A stretch of DNA of 64,000 nucleotides from the NCBI GenBank assembly GCA_047284725.1, contig JBJBEO010000001.1, positions 920,203-984,202 of the forward strand, read 5' to 3'. The stretch comes from Synechococcus sp. (GTDB taxonomy: Bacteria > Cyanobacteriota > Cyanobacteriia > PCC-6307 > Cyanobiaceae). The translations under genes were made by a program, and so were the position numbers. This document shows positions 12,001-21,000 of the stretch, piece after piece (within the stretch, counting starts at the first letter, position 1; every line of letters starts with the position of its first letter). The notes beneath the pieces are model-generated. The model ran no database searches, was not told the origin of the DNA, and saw nothing but the letters and a program-made list of their open reading frames with translations.

Positions 12001-15000
12001 AAATAGACAAGCTCGCCCTCTCTGACGGTCTGAACTCCCGACTTAGTGGTGTATTGATACTCATTGGTTGCAGCTCCGATGTAATCAGCCGCGATGCTCG
12101 CTCCACCGTCATTGGTGGTTGTTGACAGTGCCTTCAGCAGGTTATCGGCACTGATCGAAGCATTATCATCAGCGATGATCGTCAGAGCATTGCCGGCATC
12201 GATATCGTTGCTGGATCCTCCGATAGAGGCAACCGTCGAGCTATTGACCTTGTTGGTGGCAATGATTGCTCCGACGGCCATGCCGCTTGCTCCAAACAGA
12301 GCGGAAGCCGCTGAACTTGTTTCATTGCTGATGTTTGAAGTGATCGATGCCGTGGTCTGGGCAGAGACATCGATGCTGCCTTCTGCATTGACTGTTGCAT
12401 TCTTGATCAAGGCCTCTACTGACGCCGGTTTCTCATTGACAAGCGCCGGAGTTCCAATGATGGCATCGATGGTATTAAACAGAATGTTGGAGGGTCTCCA
12501 GCCGATCGAGTTGAACGCCAGGGTCACACCCACGGCGGTGTCGCCGCTGGTCGTCATGCTGAGGTTGGTGGCGTCAAGATCCGAAGAATTGACAGCTGAC
12601 ACTCCTACGTTGCCGAGGCCTCCACCGGTTGTATTGGCATCGATGGTGCTGTCCTCGAGAACCGCCTTTGCTGAGCTCAGAATTAGGTTCGTGGCAATCG
12701 TGCCATTGACCGCCAGGGAGGTGCCGGTGCCGTAGGCGCTGCCGCCGGAGGAACTGGCGGTGCTGTCAACGGTGGCTTGAATCGTCGCGGATTCATCGGC
12801 CGTGACATTCACATCCCCGTTCACCGTGTTAACCAATGAGCCCTTGAGGGACGCCTCGACATCGGCGCGCACATCGTTCAGGACGACGATGCCGCCGATG
12901 GCGATCGAATCCGACCCGCTGACGTTGAGACCCTGGGGGATCAGCTGGCTCTCGGGCACTTCCTTCCAGTACCCCAGGTCGCTGTAATTCAACCGACTCA
13001 GATCGCTCGAGCCGGCTAAGCCGCTGGCCGGGTCGATCCCGTCGGCCCCCATGAATTCATAGACAGAGCCGGCACTGCCGCTGATCTCGACCCAGTCGAG
13101 GCTGCTGCCGTAGTCCAGGGTCACCAGATCGACAACCGTCGGGGGATCCTGCTCCTCGCCCACGTACTGATACACGCTGCCGACGGTGCCGTCGCCTGTG
13201 GCCTCCTCGGTCACCTCCACGACCATTCCGTCGATCAGGCCCTGCTCATTCGTGCTCAGACCCAGCTGCGGTGTCGTGCTGTGGGTCGGCACCGCGTAAT
13301 CATCGGCCAGCCGCACCCGATCACCGAACTCCAGGGTCACGCTGGTGGCGTCGGAGGTGTGGTCCACCTCGAGGAGATCATTGATGCTTTCCTGCAGCAC
13401 CGACGCGCCACCGTCATTGGTGGTGGTCGATGAGGAGACGATCTTGGTGTTGGAGTAAACGCCGGCGCTGTCGCTGGCGGTGATTGCGACGCTGCCACCA
13501 GCCTCCACCGCGGTGCTGACGGCATCTCCGCCATCGCTGTCCTCCACGTAGGCCCGCGTGGCGGTGCTGACCTTGTTGCTCGCCAGAATCGCACTGGTGC
13601 TCATGCCCATCGCACCGAACAGGGCCGAGGCTTCTGAGATCGCGGCGTTGGAGACGGTCGCGTTCAGCCCGGCATCGTTCACCGCGCTCACCGTCAGGTC
13701 GCCGCTGAGCTTGAGGGTGGAATCCTCGATCGCGGCGATCACCGTGGCCGGATCCTCACGGCCGATCAAGCTGTCGCCCACCAACGCATCAATGGCGTTG
13801 AAGAGCACGTTCTGCGACTGCCAGCCGATCGTGTTGAAGGCCAGCGTGACCCCGACCGCCGTATCCCCCGAGCTGGTCGAGCCCAAGATGGTGGCATCGA
13901 TGGCGGAGGTGTTCTCGGCCGTCACCGCAACAGCGCCGCCGATGGCGGTTGTGCCGTCACCGATCTCGCTGTCGGTGATGGTGGCCTCGGTCGTGCTCTG
14001 CACCAGGTTGGTGGCGATCGTGCCGTTGACCGCCAGGGAGGTGCCGGTGCCGTAGGCACTGCCACCGGAGGAGGACACCTCACTGAGGATCGTGGCGGCG
14101 ATCTGCGCATTGGAGAGCGCCGCGACTGTCAGATCACCGCCCGCCGCAACATCGGCGTTATCGATGAAGACGTCGACACGGCTTCTGACATCGTTGCGCA
14201 CGACCACACCGCCGATGGCCACCGAATCGGAGCCCGTCACATTGCCGACATTGGGGATGTAGTCGGCGGTGCTTTCGGTCACCTTGACCCAATCGCCGGA
14301 GGTCTCGTAATCAATCGTGCCCAGATCAATCTGGGCGGCTTGTGCCCCCTCGTAGCGGTAGATCCCGCCCTCATCTCCACCGTTGCTGTAACCGGGACCC
14401 ACCCGCACCCTGGTGGATTCGGCCGCACCCTGCCGGCTCCAGAACGTTGTGTCGTTGTAGTTCTGGCTGGCCAGATCCAGCGTGTCGTCAACAAGGTCAC
14501 CGTCACCGAGGTATTCATAGACCGCACCTTCCTCGCCGCTGATCTCCTGCCACAGTGTTGCGTCGGTGAAATCCTGCGCGGTGAGGTCGAGGGTTCCGCC
14601 CTGTCCGACGTATCGGTAATAGCCGCTGCCGACGCGCACGATGGTGGTGTCCTTCACCACGGTGGCACTCTCGGCACCGCTGTCGGTGGTGGTGTAGTCG
14701 GGGGTGATGGCCTCGAAATAGCCGTAGTCGACCTTGACCCGATCGCCGAGTGCGACCACGGTGCTGCCCTCACCGGTGCTGTGGTCGTAGCTGGGCAGCC
14801 CGACGAGCACGGACCCCGATTCGGTGGTGAAGTCGTACTGCCTGTCCAGGTTGGCCAGCGCGTCTTGCAGCAGGCTCACGCCGCCGTCATTGGTGGTCAC
14901 CGACACCGAGGTGATGTCGCTGCTGGAGAGGACGCCGGCCTCGTCGCTGGCCGTGACCGTCACATGGCCGAGCGCACTGACATCGCCCTGGGCGCCGCTG

Positions 15001-18000
15001 AAGGCGATGAAGGCATCCGCCGCGCTGCTCACCAGGTTGCTGGCCAGCACCCCGGAGGTGCTCATCCCCGTCGCCCCGAAGAGCGCCGACGCTGCACTGT
15101 CGGCCTGATTGGTGATGGTTGCGTCCAGCTGCGCCGCATTGCGTGCCGTCACGCTGATGTCAGCGGCGGCGGTGAGCTGGCTGTCGCGGCTGTAGGCCGT
15201 GACCTGCGCCGGTGCCTCCTGGCCGAGCACCGAATCACCGAGCAGGGCATCGAGCGTGTTGAACAGCAGGTTCTGGGGCTGCCAGCCGATCGTGTTGAAG
15301 GCGAGCGTGACCCCGACCGCCGTATCCCCCGAGGTGGTGGCACTCAGCACCGACGCGTCGATGGCGGAGGTGTTCTCGGCCTCCACCGCGATGGTGCCCG
15401 CCTCGGTGGTGCCGCCCGCTGCGTCCTGGGCTTCCACCGTGCTGTCGGTGATCCGCGCGCTCGCCGCACTCAACACCGTGTTGGTGGCGATGAGGCCGTT
15501 GATCGCCAGGGAGGTGCCGGTGCCGTAGGCGCTGCCGCCGGAGGAGGAGGCGGCGCTCTCTGCCGTGGCGGTGATGGCGGCGATCTCGCTGGCCTCGACC
15601 GTGACATGGCCGTCCCTGGCCAGGACGGTGGCGTCGTTGATGTAGGCATCGACGGTGCCGCGCACGTCGTTGCGCACCACCAGGCCGCCGATGCCGATCG
15701 AATCCGAACCGCTGACGTTCAGGCCACTGGGGATGATGTTGGTCTGATCGAGCGGCTTCCAGAGCCCATAGTCGCTGTAATCCTGGGCGCCGAGATCACG
15801 GGCCTGGCTCTCACCCATGTACTGGAAGATCTGACCTGCCGGATCGAAGGAGCTATCAACAACTTCGTTGAAGCTGTAGTCATCATCTACACGGACCCGA
15901 TCACCGAAGTTCAGCTCAGGCGTGCCTGACTGGCTGGTGAACTGATAGTCATCGAGCAGTGTCTGTGCCAGGCCATTGAGAATGCCGGCACCACCGTCAT
16001 TGCTCGTTGACGACGCCGACACCACCTGGCTTGTGGCCTCGATCGTCGCGCTGTCGGCCGCCGAGACCGCAATGCCGCCGGCCGCAACGTCCGTCGAGAG
16101 ATCCAGCCAGTTGGTCGTGTCGGTTGTGTAGTTCTGGCTGCCGGTGCTCAGATCCACCGACGACTGAAGATTCTCGCCCTGATATTGGTAGTAGTCACCG
16201 TTGAACCCGACAATGTCGTTCTGGTTCAGCTGGGTCGGTGTATCGCTGTCTGTATAAAGCGTGCTCCCCGGGAGCAGTGTGGGGCTGCTAGTGCCAATGT
16301 CGAGCCAATCATTGTTACTGGCATAGTTCTGTGCTGTGTTGCTCAGATCCAGCGACGACTCGATTGGCGCTGTGCCCTGATATTCATAGACATCGCCGGA
16401 ATCGAGGCGTACCCGATCCCCGATGTTCAAGGTCACCGGACCATCGCTCGGGGCGTAATCCCAGGCATGCCCGAGATGGGCATCCGTCGTGGTGCTGACC
16501 ATGTTGCCGGCCAGCACACCGGCGAAGCTCATGCCGGTGGCGCCAAAGAGGGCGGAAGCCGCCGAGGTGGCCTCGTTGCCGACCGTGGCGGTGATCGCCG
16601 CGCCGGTCTCGGCATTCACGGTGACGCTGCCCACCGCATCGACCGAGGTGTTGTCGATCAGCGCCAGCGTCTCGAAGGGATCCTCGCTGCCGATGCTGCT
16701 GCCGAGCAGCGTGTCGATCGCATTGAAGAGAACGTTCTGGGACTGCCAGCCGATCGTGTTGAAGGCCAGCGTCACCCCCACCGCGGTGTCGCCGCTGGAG
16801 GTGGCGCTCAGGTTGCTCGCCTCGATCGCAGCGGTGTTGAGCGCCGTGACCTCAAGATCGCCGCCCAGGGGGGTGAGGGTGCTGTCCTGGACAAGCGCAC
16901 GCGCTGATCCCAGCACGGTGTTGGTGGCGATCACGCCATTGACCGCCAGGGAGGTGCCGCTGCCGTAGGCACTGCCGCCGGAGGACGATACCGTCGCATC
17001 GGCCGTCGCCTGGATCGTGGCGTTCTCCGACGCGCTCACCACCACGTCATCACCGGCCTGCAGGGTGATGGAGTTCAGGGACGCCTCGACATCGGCGCGC
17101 ACATCGTTCAGGACGACGATGCCGCCGATGGCGATCGAATCCGACCCGCTGACGTTGAGACCCTGGGGGATCAGCTGGCTCTCGGGCACTTCCTTCCAGT
17201 ACCCCAGGTCGCTGTAATTCAACCGACTCAGATCGCTCGAGCCGGCTAAGCCGCTGGCCGGGTCGATCCCGTCGGCCCCCATGAATTCATAGACAGAGCC
17301 GGCACTGCCGCTGATCTCGACCCAGTCGAGGCTGCTGCCGTAGTCCAGGGTCACCAGATCGACAACCGTCGGGGGATCCTGCTCCTCGCCCACGTACTGA
17401 TACACGCTGCCGACGGTGCCGTCGCCTGTGGCCTCCTCGGTCACCTCCACGACCATTCCGTCGATCAGGCCCTGCTCATTCGTGCTCAGACCCAGCTGCG
17501 GTGTCGTGCTGTGGGTCGGCACCGCGTAATCATCGGCCAGCCGCACCCGATCACCGAACTCCAGGGTCACGCTGGTGGCGTCGGAGGTGTGGTCCACCTC
17601 GAGGAGATCATTGATGCTTTCCTGCAGCACCGACGCGCCACCGTCATTGGTGGTGGTCGATGAGGAGACGATCTTGGTGTTGGAGTAAACGCCGGCGCTG
17701 TCGCTGGCGGTGATTGCGACGCTGCCACCAGCCTCCACCGCGGTGCTGACGGCATCTCCGCCATCGCTGTCCTCCACGTAGGCCCGCGTGGCGGTGCTGA
17801 CCTTGTTGCTCGCCAGAATCGCACTGGTGCTCATGCCCATCGCACCGAACAGGGCCGAGGCTTCTGAGATCGCGGCGTTGGAGACGGTCGCGTTCAGCCC
17901 GGCATCGTTCACCGCGCTCACCGTCAGGTCGCCGCTGAGCTTGAGGGTGGAATCCTCGATCGCGGCGATCACCGTGGCCGGATCCTCACGGCCGATCAAG

Positions 18001-21000
18001 CTGTCGCCCACCAACGCATCAATGGCGTTGAAGAGCACGTTCTGCGACTGCCAGCCGATCGTGTTGAAGGCCAGCGTGACCCCGACCGCCGTATCCCCCG
18101 AGCTGGTCGAGCCCAAGATGGTGGCATCGATGGCGGAGGTGTTCTCGGCCGTCACCGCAACAGCGCCGCCGATGGCGGTTGTGCCGTCACCGATCTCGCT
18201 GTCGGTGATGGTGGCCTCGGTCGTGCTCTGCACCAGGTTGGTGGCGATCGTGCCGTTGACCGCCAGGGAGGTGCCGGTGCCGTAGGCACTGCCACCGGAG
18301 GAGGACACCTCACTGAGGATCGTGGCGGCGATCTGCGCATTGGAGAGCGCCGCGACTGTCAGATCACCGCCCGCCGCAACATCGGCGTTATCGATGAAGA
18401 CGTCGACACGGCTTCTGACATCGTTGCGCACGACCACACCGCCGATGGCCACCGAATCGGAGCCCGTCACATTGCCGACATTGGGGATGTAGTCGGCGGT
18501 GCTTTCGGTCACCTTGACCCAATCGCCGGAGGTCTCGTAATCAATCGTGCCCAGATCAATCTGGGCGGCTTGTGCCCCCTCGTAGCGGTAGATCCCGCCC
18601 TCATCTCCACCGTTGCTGTAACCGGGACCCACCCGCACCCTGGTGGATTCGGCCGCACCCTGCCGGCTCCAGAACGTTGTGTCGTTGTAGTTCTGGCTGG
18701 CCAGATCCAGCGTGTCGTCAACAAGGTCACCGTCACCGAGGTATTCATAGACCGCACCTTCCTCGCCGCTGATCTCCTGCCACAGTGTTGCGTCGGTGAA
18801 ATCCTGCGCGGTGAGGTCGAGGGTTCCGCCCTGTCCGACGTATCGGTAATAGCCGCTGCCGACGCGCACGATGGTGGTGTCCTTCACCACGGTGGCACTC
18901 TCGGCACCGCTGTCGGTGGTGGTGTAGTCGGGGGTGATGGCCTCGAAATAGCCGTAGTCGACCTTGACCCGATCGCCGAGTGCGACCACGGTGCTGCCCT
19001 CACCGGTGCTGTGGTCGTAGCTGGGCAGCCCGACGAGCACGGACCCCGATTCGGTGGTGAAGTCGTACTGCCTGTCCAGGTTGGCCAGCGCGTCTTGCAG
19101 CAGGCTCACGCCGCCGTCATTGGTGGTCACCGACACCGAGGTGATGTCGCTGCTGGAGAGGACGCCGGCCTCGTCGCTGGCCGTGACCGTCACATGGCCG
19201 AGCGCACTGACATCGCCCTGGGCGCCGCTGAAGGCGATGAAGGCATCCGCCGCGCTGCTCACCAGGTTGCTGGCCAGCACCCCGGAGGTGCTCATCCCCG
19301 TCGCCCCGAAGAGCGCCGACGCTGCACTGTCGGCCTGATTGGTGATGGTTGCGTCCAGCTGCGCCGCATTGCGTGCCGTCACGCTGATGTCAGCGGCGGC
19401 GGTGAGCTGGCTGTCGCGGCTGTAGGCCGTGACCTGCGCCGGTGCCTCCTGGCCGAGCACCGAATCACCGAGCAGGGCATCGAGCGTGTTGAACAGCAGG
19501 TTCTGGGGCTGCCAGCCGATCGTGTTGAAGGCGAGCGTGACCCCGACCGCCGTATCCCCCGAGGTGGTGGCACTCAGCACCGACGCGTCGATGGCGGAGG
19601 TGTTCTCGGCCTCCACCGCGATGGTGCCCGCCTCGGTGGTGCCGCCCGCTGCGTCCTGGGCTTCCACCGTGCTGTCGGTGATCCGCGCGCTCGCCGCACT
19701 CAACACCGTGTTGGTGGCGATGAGGCCGTTGATCGCCAGGGAGGTGCCGGTGCCGTAGGCGCTGCCGCCGGAGGAGGAGGCGGCGCTCTCTGCCGTGGCG
19801 GTGATGGCGGCGATCTCGCTGGCCTCGACCGTGACATGGCCGTCCCTGGCCAGGACGGTGGCGTCGTTGATGTAGGCATCGACGGTGCCGCGCACGTCGT
19901 TGCGCACCACCAGGCCGCCGATGCCGATCGAATCCGAACCGCTGACGTTCAGGCCACTGGGGATGATGTTGGTCTGATCGAGCGGCTTCCAGAGCCCATA
20001 GTCGCTGTAATCCTGGGCGCCGAGATCACGGGCCTGGCTCTCACCCATGTACTGGAAGATCTGACCTGCCGGATCGAAGGAGCTATCAACAACTTCGTTG
20101 AAGCTGTAGTCATCATCTACACGGACCCGATCACCGAAGTTCAGCTCAGGCGTGCCTGACTGGCTGGTGAACTGATAGTCATCGAGCAGTGTCTGTGCCA
20201 GGCCATTGAGAATGCCGGCACCACCGTCATTGCTCGTTGACGACGCCGACACCACCTGGCTTGTGGCCTCGATCGTCGCGCTGTCGGCCGCCGAGACCGC
20301 AATGCCGCCGGCCGCAACGTCCGTCGAGAGATCCAGCCAGTTGGTCGTGTCGGTTGTGTAGTTCTGGCTGCCGGTGCTCAGATCCACCGACGACTGAAGA
20401 TTCTCGCCCTGATATTGGTAGTAGTCACCGTTGAACCCGACAATGTCGTTCTGGTTCAGCTGGGTCGGTGTATCGCTGTCTGTATAAAGCGTGCTCCCCG
20501 GGAGCAGTGTGGGGCTGCTAGTGCCAATGTCGAGCCAATCATTGTTACTGGCATAGTTCTGTGCTGTGTTGCTCAGATCCAGCGACGACTCGATTGGCGC
20601 TGTGCCCTGATATTCATAGACATCGCCGGAATCGAGGCGTACCCGATCCCCGATGTTCAAGGTCACCGGACCATCGCTCGGGGCGTAATCCCAGGCATGC
20701 CCGAGATGGGCATCCGTCGTGGTGCTGACCATGTTGCCGGCCAGCACACCGGCGAAGCTCATGCCGGTGGCGCCAAAGAGGGCGGAAGCCGCCGAGGTGG
20801 CCTCGTTGCCGACCGTGGCGGTGATCGCCGCGCCGGTCTCGGCATTCACGGTGACGCTGCCCACCGCATCGACCGAGGTGTTGTCGATCAGCGCCAGCGT
20901 CTCGAAGGGATCCTCGCTGCCGATGCTGCTGCCGAGCAGCGTGTCGATCGCATTGAAGAGAACGTTCTGGGACTGCCAGCCGATCGTGTTGAAGGCCAGC

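Noticed and set aside
14340..15929. 529-aa plus-strand ORF, its copy 18570..20159 and the many other short ORFs in 1-24.5 kb
   Set aside because: Antisense or off-frame shadows of the GC-rich giant gene; no recognisable motifs.
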